Positions 1-8,670 of a DNA stretch of 64,000 nucleotides are shown here, piece by piece. Numbering within the stretch: the stretch's first letter is position 1; every line of letters starts with the position of its first letter. The position numbers and the translations under genes were made by a program. This DNA comes from Oceanispirochaeta sp. (GTDB taxonomy: Bacteria > Spirochaetota > Spirochaetia > DSM-2461). Below the pieces are notes generated by a model. That model searched no databases and had not been told where the DNA came from. It worked only from the letters and a program-made list of their open reading frames with translations. The DNA lies in contig CAXXXD010000003.1 of the NCBI GenBank assembly GCA_963663385.2, forward strand, positions 1,280,001-1,344,000, read 5' to 3'.

Positions 1-95
1 CAAATTTATACTCGAATATAGAATAAAACAAGATGCAAAAAATATATTTAATTTCATATATATTAATATAAAACAATCTGTTTTGGAATTCAATA

Positions 96-124
96 TTGAC
101 CTGCAGGACTTTCGCTGTTAAATT
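96..124 (+). promoter_or_regulatory. Putative sigma-70 promoter for ndk
   Basis: TTGACC-17 bp-TAAATT with TG just before the -10; AAGGA RBS before the ATG at 161. Confidence 0.5.
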
Positions 125-160
125 GTTTTAAATATTCGATTAGATTAAGGAAACAAATTT

Positions 161-1345
161 ATGGCTGAAGAACTGTCATACATTCTCATTACACCCTACA
201 CAATTGCCAAGTCCCGAACGGGTGGTGTAATTTCTAGACTGCTATCCAGAATGGATCTTGATTTGGTCGGGGCTCAGATTTTTGCCCCCTCACAGGAGCT
301 GGCTGAAGAATACGCAGCCTCACTATATAAACAATCTGTTGCTACCAGCTCTAAAAGTGCAAAACTGCTCAGTGAATTCGTATTGAAGACTTTTACTCCC
401 TCCGAAGGAAGACGTCATAGAGTTATGATGCTGCTTTTCAGGGGAGAGGATGCCTGTCATAAACTGTCTGATATTGCTGGTGCCTTATACCCGGAGAACA
501 GAAGTATTGAATCGATTACAGGTGAAACGATCCGCGATACATATGCAGATCTTGTTAAAGAAGGGGGAGAAGAGGGGAAGGTCCTTTATTTTGAACCGGC
601 TGTAATGACTCCGCGAAGTCAGAAAGCTGCAATAGAGAATATGAAAATATTTGCTCCCTTTCTCAAGAAAGAAGCAAATATTGTTGAAAATATGATCTAC
701 CCCAATCCCAAAAAGATAGAAAGAACCCTGGTTATAATTAAGCCGGATAACTGGAAATATCCCAGCTCCCGACCCGGAACAATTATTGATATGTTCAGTC
801 GTACAGGCTTGAGATTGATTGGCTGTAAAATATATCAGATGAGTGTGGCGGAAGCCCTAGAATTCTATGGTCCTGTTGAAGAAGCTCTCATGTCTAAGCT
901 CGGGCCGCTTTTCGGTTCAAAAGCCAAGGTTGTACTGGAAAAGGAATTCAGTATTCCCCTGTCGGAGGAACTGGAGAAACAGCTTCAGGAATCCTTTGGG
1001 AAACAGTATGCTCAGGATCAGTTTGCCAAAATCATTGAGTTTATGTCCGGCACCAGACCGGAAAAATGCCCCGAGGAGGAGTTATCAGCTCCAGGTAAAG
1101 TTAAATGTATGGTTCTTATATATGAAGGAGAAAATGCTATACAGAAAATTAGAGACGTACTTGGTCCAACTGATCCGACGAAAGCGCCCGGGGGAACAAT
1201 TCGCAGGGAATTCGGTCATGATGTCATGGTAAATACCGCCCATGCTTCTGATGCCGTAGAGAATGCCAAACGTGAAATGAATGTCGTCAAGATTCAGGAA
1301 AATAACACAAGTCGTATTATCACGGATTATGTTGAATCGAAGTAA
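161..1345 (+). CDS. ndk: Nucleoside diphosphate kinase, long two-domain form
   Basis: C-terminal half has RTLVIIKPD, GPTDP..APGGTIRREFG and NTAHASD (phospho-His motif); N-terminal half is a degenerate NDK repeat (YILITPY, GETIRDTY). Confidence 0.85.
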   Translation: MAEELSYILITPYTIAKSRTGGVISRLLSRMDLDLVGAQIFAPSQELAEEYAASLYKQSVATSSKSAKLLSEFVLKTFTPSEGRRHRVMMLLFRGEDACHKLSDIAGALYPENRSIESITGETIRDTYADLVKEGGEEGKVLYFEPAVMTPRSQKAAIENMKIFAPFLKKEANIVENMIYPNPKKIERTLVIIKPDNWKYPSSRPGTIIDMFSRTGLRLIGCKIYQMSVAEALEFYGPVEEALMSKLGPLFGSKAKVVLEKEFSIPLSEELEKQLQESFGKQYAQDQFAKIIEFMSGTRPEKCPEEELSAPGKVKCMVLIYEGENAIQKIRDVLGPTDPTKAPGGTIRREFGHDVMVNTAHASDAVENAKREMNVVKIQENNTSRIITDYVESK

Positions 1346-1365
1346 TCAGATCCATTGTTTTTAAT

Positions 1366-1402
1366 AAAAAAAAGATGCTGAATTAATCAGCATCTTTTTT
1401 TT
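1366..1402. terminator. Bidirectional rho-independent terminator
   Basis: A8-GATGCTGA-attaa-TCAGCATC-T8 between convergent ndk and lysC. Confidence 0.85.
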
Positions 1403-1430
1403 ACTTCTTATTTTCCGTGATATTGTCTTT

Positions 1431-2771
1431 CTAATTCTGCAGGAACTGATCATGCAGTTTCTGTACGGTATCATCAAGTCTGTTCATAGGGACAACCATA
1501 GACAGATTAATATCGGAAGATCCAAGGGATATCATCCGTACAGGAGTATCCTCCAGAACAGCAAAAACACGGGATATGAATCTTGAATCCTTCCACAGAT
1601 CCTGACCGACAAGGCAGATGATGCCTTTGTTGTTTTCAATAGTCACACTGGCAAAGGAGGACATTTCTTCCTGAATCATATCAAGAGAATCGGTATTTTC
1701 AATCGTTATGGAGACAGATACTTCCGAAGTTGATATTAGATCAACCGGAGTCTGGTATTTTTCAAAGATATTGAAAATTTTGCTTAAAAAACCGTAGGCA
1801 TTCAGCATTTTAGATGAACTGATATTAATCAGAGTGATATCGGTTTTTGATGCTATTGCTTTTAAACCGGTACCGGAAAGTTTTTCTTCAATTGTTGTTC
1901 CAGTATGTTCCGGCTCTCTTGTATTCTTAACCAGAACAGGGATTTTTTTTCCCACAGCTGGCTGAATGGTAGCTGGGTGGACAACCTTGGCACCAAAGTA
2001 AGCCAATTCCCCGGCTTCATTATACGTTATAGATTTTATGGATTTAACCCCCCTGACCTTTCTGGGGTCGGAAGTCATAATCCCGTTAACATCCGTCCAG
2101 ATCTGAATTTCATCCGCATCAAGGGCCGCCCCGATAATAGAAGCGGAATAATCACTGCCACCGCGCCCGAGAGTCGTTGTTACACCGGATTCAGTAGCGG
2201 CAATAAAGCCCTGAGTAATAATCAGCTTTCCAGGCTCCGGCTTTACAAACTTTCTGATCTTGGCATTGCTCACTTCAATACAGGGAGTGGCAGTCGTAAA
2301 ATTTTCATCTGTTGTCATAAAAGTCCGGGCATCCAGAAGCTCGGTCATAATGCCACGTTCCTCCGCCCGTAGGGCAATGATAGTAGTAGACAATCTCTCC
2401 CCGAACGACAGGAGAGCATCTTTACTGCGCGGAGAACACTCTTTTAAAAGAGAAAGTCCTTTCAGCAGAGATATAAATTGAGAAAAAAGATCATCAAGCC
2501 TGTATTCCGCTTTCTTGAGGACATCGCCACTTAAAAAAGAACATATGGTTTGAATATGAGAATTCTTGAGTTGATCAATCAGTTCCAGGCAATTCTCCAT
2601 ATCCCCGGATTCAGCCAAATCCATCATCCTGATAATCAGGTCGGTTGTTTTACCCATGGCAGATGATACAAGCACTGGAGCTCTGTCCAGCTGTTCAATA
2701 GTGATATTTAGAGCATTATCTATCCATTCGCTGTTCTGAACAGAAGTGCCGCCGAATTTCAGTACAATCAT
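1431..2771 (-). CDS. lysC: Aspartate kinase with C-terminal ACT domains
   Basis: VLKFGGTSV, TTTLGRGGSDYSA, IWTDVNGIMTSDP, GAKVVHP, ISTSEVSVS. Confidence 0.92.
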   Translation of the reverse strand: MIVLKFGGTSVQNSEWIDNALNITIEQLDRAPVLVSSAMGKTTDLIIRMMDLAESGDMENCLELIDQLKNSHIQTICSFLSGDVLKKAEYRLDDLFSQFISLLKGLSLLKECSPRSKDALLSFGERLSTTIIALRAEERGIMTELLDARTFMTTDENFTTATPCIEVSNAKIRKFVKPEPGKLIITQGFIAATESGVTTTLGRGGSDYSASIIGAALDADEIQIWTDVNGIMTSDPRKVRGVKSIKSITYNEAGELAYFGAKVVHPATIQPAVGKKIPVLVKNTREPEHTGTTIEEKLSGTGLKAIASKTDITLINISSSKMLNAYGFLSKIFNIFEKYQTPVDLISTSEVSVSITIENTDSLDMIQEEMSSFASVTIENNKGIICLVGQDLWKDSRFISRVFAVLEDTPVRMISLGSSDINLSMVVPMNRLDDTVQKLHDQFLQN

Positions 2772-2934
2772 GGCTATTCCTTGTAGGGGGTGGTATCCCT
2801 TTTTTTATGCATATTTTGTGAAAAATTATACATTTTATGAATCTTTGTCAATGTTAACTCTCCTTAAATAACACCCTGAATTTCCAGAGAAACTCTGGTA
2901 TAATAGGTTTAACACTGGGAGTACTTATTAATTA

Positions 2935-5370
2935 ATGACTGAGATTGAGAATAGAATTTCTGATACAGTAAGAGAGAAAATGCAGCAGGATGTTGCCGAT
3001 TCATCAGGCCGCGAAGTCCTTTGGTGCGGTAAATTGGATGAGAAAAAACAGATTGTCTCAGTCTTTGCAGCAGCAAGAGGTCATGAGAATGCCGCTCCTG
3101 CCATTATGGCCCATATGGAAAAGGGCGATATAATTCTGCATAATCATCCTTCCGGAAATCTGCGACCAAGCGAGGCAGATCTTTATCAAGCCTCCATACT
3201 GGGAAACAGGGGAATTGGATTTTATATTGTCAACAATATGATTGACAGGGTATACGTCGTAGTGGAACCTATTCCGGTTAAACCGGAATCTCTTCTGGAT
3301 GAAACAAAAACAACCGGAATACTGTCCCCCGGCGGTCCTCTGTCAGATATTTTTGAGCGCTATGAAGAACGTCCGGCCCAGATAGAACTGGTCAGGCTGA
3401 TAACCCGCGGATTCAATGATGAAAAACTTGTGGTAGCAGAAGCCGGCACGGGGGTGGGTAAATCATTTGCCTATCTGATTCCAGCCCTTTACTGGGCGAA
3501 GGAAAATGAGCAGAGAATCGTTATTTCCACTGCAACCATAAACCTCCAGCAGCAGATAATGGAAAAAGATTTACCTCTCGCTGCCAGAATTACCTCATGC
3601 GATGTAAAAGCCGTACTTGTTAAGGGCCGTAGAAACTATATATGTTTAAGCCGTTTGGGAGAGGCTCTTGAGGAAGATTCTCTTTTCAGAGATGAAAATG
3701 ATGAACTCTACCAGCTTAAAGAATGGGCTGAGAATTCAAAAGAGGGCACCATTACAGAACTCCCGTCCCTTCCGGATGAACAAACCTGGTCCAAGGTTAG
3801 CAGTGAAGCAGACAGCTGTTTAGGTCCCCGGTGCCCTCATTATACTAACTGTTTTGTAATGAAAGCCAGGCGGGAAGCAGCGTCAGCCGGGATACTGGTG
3901 GTAAATCATCATCTGTTTTTTGCTGATCTTTCATTAAGGATTAACGGAATGGGTTTTGACACGGCTGCTGTACTGCCTCCCTTTCATAAGATAATCTTTG
4001 ATGAAGCCCATAATATTGAAAACAGTGCTACATCCTTTTTTTCGGGCGAATTTTCAAGGTCGATTCTCAGGAAATTTCTTATACGCCTTTACAGACAGAG
4101 GAGAGGTCGGTCTACGGGAGTTCTTGTTAAGGTTGAAAGCTTCTGCCCCGCACCGGAAGGTACGGCATATACAGAACAGATACGGGAACTCAATTCCCAG
4201 ATCGAAGTCCTTGATGCTCTTTCCTTTGATTATAATTATCAGGAAAAGACGATTCGTATCAAAGACAATAAGGATCCCGATTATAGCCAGAAAATATTAT
4301 CTCCCATGAATCTTACCCGAAAAAAGGTTAAAAAACTTCTGGTTTCTCTGGCAAAATGGCATGATCTGATAGAGGAAAAAGACAAGGAACATCCGGCCAG
4401 TCTGGAATTTAAAATACTTATCAACCGTTTAAATCAGGTGTCGACTTTTCTTGATAAGTTCTGTGCATTCGATGGGGAGGACAATGAAAATGTTTACTGG
4501 CTTGAAAAACGGGTCAAGAACGGTATTGGAACTGTACGTTTTATAATTACACCACTTGATATCTCCTCCTGGATGAGATCCGGGATATACGACTCTTACG
4601 GAACAGTCGTATTCACATCGGCAACACTTACAACAGACAACCGATTCGATTACTGGATGAATCGGGTGGGAATGCAATTCCTGGAGGAGGAGCGTCTGGG
4701 GTTAGGTCAGTTTGCGTCCCCCTTTCCCTATAGAAAAAACGTGCTTCTGGGACTGCCCGATGATATTCCGGAACCTTCCAGTGATGAATTCAGAGAATTT
4801 CTACCAGATGCGGTTAAGGCACTTCTCGAATTAAATGAGGGGAGGGCCCTGGTTCTGTTTACATCCTATGAAATGCTGAAAAACTGCTACAATCAGATTC
4901 TGCAGAATTGGACAGAATCTGATATCAGCTTAATGAAACAGGGAGATGATGACCGGGGACGTTTATTATTAAGATTTACCAATGATGAAAAAAGTGTTCT
5001 TTTTGCAACGGATTCTTTCTGGGAAGGGGTGGATACACCGGGCGATTCCCTTAGACTTGTAGTAATTTGCCGTCTCCCTTTCCGTGTTCCCACAGATCCT
5101 GTTTATCAGGCACGGCTGGAAGCGGTTGAACACAGAGGCGGAAACTCTTTCCGTGACCTGTCACTTCCCGAAGCCATTATGAAATTCAGACAGGGATTCG
5201 GTCGATTGATGAGGAGCAAAACAGACAGGGGTGCCGTTATAGTCCTTGACTCAAGAATTGTTAAAAAAAATTATGGATCTCTCTTCATTCGATCCCTGCC
5301 AGAAACTATAATATCTAGAAAGAGTTTCCGTTCTGTGCTTGAGGATATGGAGAATTTTATATATCAATAA
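2935..5370 (+). CDS. dinG: DinG/YoaA-family helicase with N-terminal JAB/RadC-like domain
   Basis: AEAGTGVGKS (Walker A), Fe-S cysteines (YICL...CLGPRCPHYTNC), IFDEAH, FWEGVD, QGFGRLMR; N-terminal HNHPSG...PSEAD. Confidence 0.85.
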   Translation: MTEIENRISDTVREKMQQDVADSSGREVLWCGKLDEKKQIVSVFAAARGHENAAPAIMAHMEKGDIILHNHPSGNLRPSEADLYQASILGNRGIGFYIVNNMIDRVYVVVEPIPVKPESLLDETKTTGILSPGGPLSDIFERYEERPAQIELVRLITRGFNDEKLVVAEAGTGVGKSFAYLIPALYWAKENEQRIVISTATINLQQQIMEKDLPLAARITSCDVKAVLVKGRRNYICLSRLGEALEEDSLFRDENDELYQLKEWAENSKEGTITELPSLPDEQTWSKVSSEADSCLGPRCPHYTNCFVMKARREAASAGILVVNHHLFFADLSLRINGMGFDTAAVLPPFHKIIFDEAHNIENSATSFFSGEFSRSILRKFLIRLYRQRRGRSTGVLVKVESFCPAPEGTAYTEQIRELNSQIEVLDALSFDYNYQEKTIRIKDNKDPDYSQKILSPMNLTRKKVKKLLVSLAKWHDLIEEKDKEHPASLEFKILINRLNQVSTFLDKFCAFDGEDNENVYWLEKRVKNGIGTVRFIITPLDISSWMRSGIYDSYGTVVFTSATLTTDNRFDYWMNRVGMQFLEEERLGLGQFASPFPYRKNVLLGLPDDIPEPSSDEFREFLPDAVKALLELNEGRALVLFTSYEMLKNCYNQILQNWTESDISLMKQGDDDRGRLLLRFTNDEKSVLFATDSFWEGVDTPGDSLRLVVICRLPFRVPTDPVYQARLEAVEHRGGNSFRDLSLPEAIMKFRQGFGRLMRSKTDRGAVIVLDSRIVKKNYGSLFIRSLPETIISRKSFRSVLEDMENFIYQ

Positions 5371-5417
5371 ACAGATCGGATTGCACGATAAAGAATATAA
5401 ATATAAAGGAGTATAAT

Positions 5418-6401
5418 ATGGCAAATCTGCAAACTGAATATATGGGACTTACACTGAAAAACCCTTTTATCGTTTCCAGTTCCGGATTAACAGACTCTGT
5501 GGAAAAAGTGATGAAAGCTGCGGAAGCGGGAGCGGGAGCAGTCGTATTAAAATCCCTTTTTGAAGAAGATATTGTCAGCGCTGTTCAAAAAGATGCTTCT
5601 ATGGATACCTATTCCATTCACCCCGAAGCAGCCGAATATATCAATGAGCTCGGAATGCTTTCTCAACCGGATAGCTATCTTGAACTGGTTGAACAGTCTG
5701 TTAAAGCGGTAGATATTCCTGTAATAGCCAGTTTGAACTGCTACACTGATAAATGGTGGGTAGAATACGCTCAGAGAATTGAACAGATGGGAGCGGCGGC
5801 TCTTGAATTGAATGTCGCGATTGTACCGGTTTCTGTAAAGGATACCCCGGAATCTGTTGAAAAGGTGATCTGTGACATTGTAAAAAAAGCCGTCAAGGCG
5901 GTAAATATACCCGTTTCCGTAAAAATCGGGTCGAATTTTTCCTCTCTTCCGGAGATTGTTCAAAAACTGAAAAGAGCTGGCGCTTCTGCTGTTGTTCTTT
6001 TCAACCGTTTTTACCGTCCTGATATCAATATCGATACCATTGAGTTCAAAAACGGAAATCCTCTTTCCATGGAAGAGGAATACTCAACCGTTTTGAGATG
6101 GACAGGAATCCTGTCTGACCTGGTAGAATGTGATTTTTCGGCAACAACTGGTATTCACAGCTCATCTACTGCAATTAAAATGATACTGGCCGGGGCTGAT
6201 ACTGTCCAGGTATGCTCCATCCTGTACAAGAAGGGGATATCCTATCTGGAAGAAATGATCCGGGAAATGGAGGAGTGGATGGATAAAAAAGGGTATGCAA
6301 CCATATCCGACTTTTTCAGCCTCCTCAGCCTGGAAGATGATGAGAAGAAAATCTATTATCAGCGATTACAATATGTAAAAGCATTAAAAGGGTTAAAATA
6401 G
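5418..6401 (+). CDS. Dihydroorotate dehydrogenase-like flavoprotein (FMN TIM barrel)
   Basis: LKNPFIVSS, GAVVLKSLFEE, PVSVKIG, LFNRFY, GADTVQVCS; the catalytic SCPN loop is absent. Confidence 0.75.
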   Translation: MANLQTEYMGLTLKNPFIVSSSGLTDSVEKVMKAAEAGAGAVVLKSLFEEDIVSAVQKDASMDTYSIHPEAAEYINELGMLSQPDSYLELVEQSVKAVDIPVIASLNCYTDKWWVEYAQRIEQMGAAALELNVAIVPVSVKDTPESVEKVICDIVKKAVKAVNIPVSVKIGSNFSSLPEIVQKLKRAGASAVVLFNRFYRPDINIDTIEFKNGNPLSMEEEYSTVLRWTGILSDLVECDFSATTGIHSSSTAIKMILAGADTVQVCSILYKKGISYLEEMIREMEEWMDKKGYATISDFFSLLSLEDDEKKIYYQRLQYVKALKGLK

Positions 6402-6416
6402 AAACTTTTTTTGATT

Positions 6417-6482
6417 AAGGTATTAAAAAACCGCCCTGTTCCCCGAACGTAGTCGAGGAGGGGGCGGTTTTTTTAATACCTT
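6417..6482. terminator. Long bidirectional terminator with a large loop
   Basis: AAGGTATTAAAAAACCGCCC ... GGGCGGTTTTTTTAATACCTT between convergent genes. Confidence 0.75.
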
Positions 6483-6494
6483 TATTGAATACGA

Positions 6495-6761
6495 TTATTC
6501 AACAACAGCTATAATATCCTGCATTTTAATAATCAGATGATCTTCGTCATTTACGCTTATGCTTGTACCGGCATATTTATCGTACATAACTTTTTCTCCG
6601 ATTTTAACAGTTATCAGATCTTTATCATCTCCAATCGCAACAACTGTCCCAGTCTGTGTTTTTTCCTGAGCAGTTTCAGGAATATAAAGTCCGGAAGCTG
6701 TTTTAGTTTCAGCTTCTACAATTTTAAGCAGAACACGATCTCCCAAGGGTTTGATTGTCAT
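6495..6761 (-). CDS. groES: Co-chaperonin GroES
   Basis: IKPLGDRVL, KTASGLYIP, KYAGT; GAGG RBS. Confidence 0.95.
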   Translation of the reverse strand: MTIKPLGDRVLLKIVEAETKTASGLYIPETAQEKTQTGTVVAIGDDKDLITVKIGEKVMYDKYAGTSISVNDEDHLIIKMQDIIAVVE

Positions 6762-6802
6762 ATCTTTCCTCTCAAAGAATTTGATTTATTAGTTTTATTG
6801 AT

Positions 6803-6831
6803 AATATACGGATTCCCGGTCGGGTCGTCAA
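6803..6831 (-). promoter_or_regulatory. Putative sigma-70 promoter for groES
   Basis: Minus strand TTGACG-17 bp-TATATT. Confidence 0.55.
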
Positions 6832-6912
6832 GAAAAAACAGCAATCGAAATTATAAATCCGATTCTTGAAAACTTTCTTTGCCATTTGGTAAAAAATTAG
6901 TACTTTTAGGAT

Positions 6913-7401
6913 ATGAAGATGATAAGGGAAAACAGACGATTTCATCATTTAAATGATTATAAAATCGAGAAAATCTCTATTGAGACTTTCAGCAGAAACA
7001 AGCAGAATCCCTATGGAATGACTCGCAGCTCCTCTATCAATGATGATAAAAGGGCTTTTTTCTCCATTCAGATAGAAAGATATCTGAAAAGGAAAACCAT
7101 TCACAGGTTTTGCAGCAGCGCAGAAAAAGACGTTATAAAAGATATCATTTCTGATTACTGGAAACATATTAAGGAAGAACTGGCAGATTGTCATACAGAA
7201 AACAAAATTGATAGGTTTTATCAGTGCATTATTGTCTTTCCCTATTTTGTAGCAGAAGAAGAAAAAATAATACCTGTTGATTTCAATAAGAAGAATAAAA
7301 TATCTATTCATGAGAAGTGCCCCTGCGGCAGCGATATCCCTTATATTCAATGCTGTGGACGCACAGTAGAACTGGATGATCTGGAAAATGGTTCCTTTTG
7401 A
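6913..7401 (+). CDS. SEC-C motif-containing protein
   Basis: C-terminal CPCGSDIPYIQCCG metal-binding motif. Confidence 0.7.
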   Translation: MKMIRENRRFHHLNDYKIEKISIETFSRNKQNPYGMTRSSSINDDKRAFFSIQIERYLKRKTIHRFCSSAEKDVIKDIISDYWKHIKEELADCHTENKIDRFYQCIIVFPYFVAEEEKIIPVDFNKKNKISIHEKCPCGSDIPYIQCCGRTVELDDLENGSF

Positions 7402-7422
7402 TACAGTTTAACTACTTTTTTC

Positions 7423-7458
7423 AGGCACTGAGTACTTTTGACACAGTGCCTTTTTTTT
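7423..7458 (+). terminator. Rho-independent terminator
   Basis: AGGCACTG ... CAGTGCCT followed by a T run. Confidence 0.7.
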
Positions 7459-7592
7459 ATATTTAAATTGACAAAATCCTTTCTATAAGTTTAATTTTTT
7501 TAATTACTTTCTTTGCAATGATTTAAAAAAATATTCTACACCTGTATATATATTTGGCATGGATGATGCTAATAATTTACCAGGAGTACAAA

Positions 7593-8447
7593 ATGGCTTA
7601 CATGAAAAATACAAAAGACGATGAAAATATCCTGTCCCTCTATCTCAAGGAAATAAACAAGATTCCTCTTCTTACAAGAGAAGAGGAAGATGATATAGCA
7701 AGAAAAGCTGTAAAGGGAGATAAAATTGCGCAGAATAAACTTATTCAGGCGAACTTGCGTTTTGTTGTAAATGTATCTAAAAAATATCAGAATCAGGGAC
7801 TTCCCCTTGATGATCTTATCAGCGAAGGAAACCTGGGTTTGATGAATGCCATTGAAAAATATGATCCTGACAAAGGGTACCATTTCATATCCTATGCAGT
7901 TTGGTGGATCAGACAGTCCATTCTCAAGGCTATCTACGAGAAATCAAGAATGATAAGGCTTCCTCTAAACAGAGCTAACGAACTCGTTCAGATAGATAAA
8001 GTGAGGAAGGAACTTTCCAAGCTCAATGGAGAAGATCCTTCAGCAGAGGAAATTTCGGTTCATGTTGGAATGACTCCCGAAGATGTAAGAACACTTATCG
8101 ACATATCAAGAGACCTTGTTTCATTGGAAGCGCCGACTTTTAGTGAAGATGACAATTCTGTATTAGGTGATTTCATAGAGGATGAGCATTATAAAAGTCC
8201 GGACAAAATTGTTCTTGAAAAACTCCTGAGTGATGATATCAACTCGGCTCTTGAAACGCTTGATGAAAAGGAATCCAGTATCCTCGAATACCGTTTCGGT
8301 CTGAATGGAAAAAAACCGCATTCGCTTAAAGAAATTGGAGATAAATACAATCTGACTAAAGAAAGAATTAGGCAAATTGAAAAGAAAGCTATTCAAAGAC
8401 TCCAGCATCCCACACGCTCTCATTTTTTCGATTCCTACGTAGCATAG
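7593..8447 (+). CDS. RNA polymerase sigma-70 family factor (RpoD/RpoS-like, no region 1.1)
   Basis: YLKEINKIPLLTREEE, ANLRFVV, DLISEGNLGL, SYAVWWIRQ, TKERIRQIE; start moved to the ATG at 7593 after an AGGAG RBS. Confidence 0.9.
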   Translation: MAYMKNTKDDENILSLYLKEINKIPLLTREEEDDIARKAVKGDKIAQNKLIQANLRFVVNVSKKYQNQGLPLDDLISEGNLGLMNAIEKYDPDKGYHFISYAVWWIRQSILKAIYEKSRMIRLPLNRANELVQIDKVRKELSKLNGEDPSAEEISVHVGMTPEDVRTLIDISRDLVSLEAPTFSEDDNSVLGDFIEDEHYKSPDKIVLEKLLSDDINSALETLDEKESSILEYRFGLNGKKPHSLKEIGDKYNLTKERIRQIEKKAIQRLQHPTRSHFFDSYVA

Positions 8448-8590
8448 AATGCGTTTTTTTGCTTCCTCTTTCCTACTTCTATACAAATGAATAGCATTAA
8501 GAAAGAGGAAGCTATACATACGTATAGCTTTGCAGCTCTCTCAACCCCGATACTGCTAAACATTTGTTTTGTATCAGTAGAAAAAACACC

Positions 8591-8619
8591 TTGACAATGT
8601 AAAAAAAGGCTCTTAGAAT
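8591..8619 (+). promoter_or_regulatory. Near-consensus sigma-70 promoter for ppdK
   Basis: TTGACA-17 bp-TAGAAT. Confidence 0.7.
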
Positions 8620-8670
8620 TTCTTTATAATTTCAAGTTTACAAATCTTGTTGAAATAAAAGAAGGAAGAT

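Noticed and set aside
2810..2855. Possible Rex operator (TTGTGAA half-site) and lysine riboswitch upstream of lysC
   Set aside because: The second half-site matches poorly and the gap is too short for an L-box; the printed line at 2821 also appears one base short, so spacing there is unreliable.
6495..6761. groES with no adjacent groEL
   Set aside because: Separation of groES and groEL is common in spirochaetes; no CIRCE element is visible upstream.
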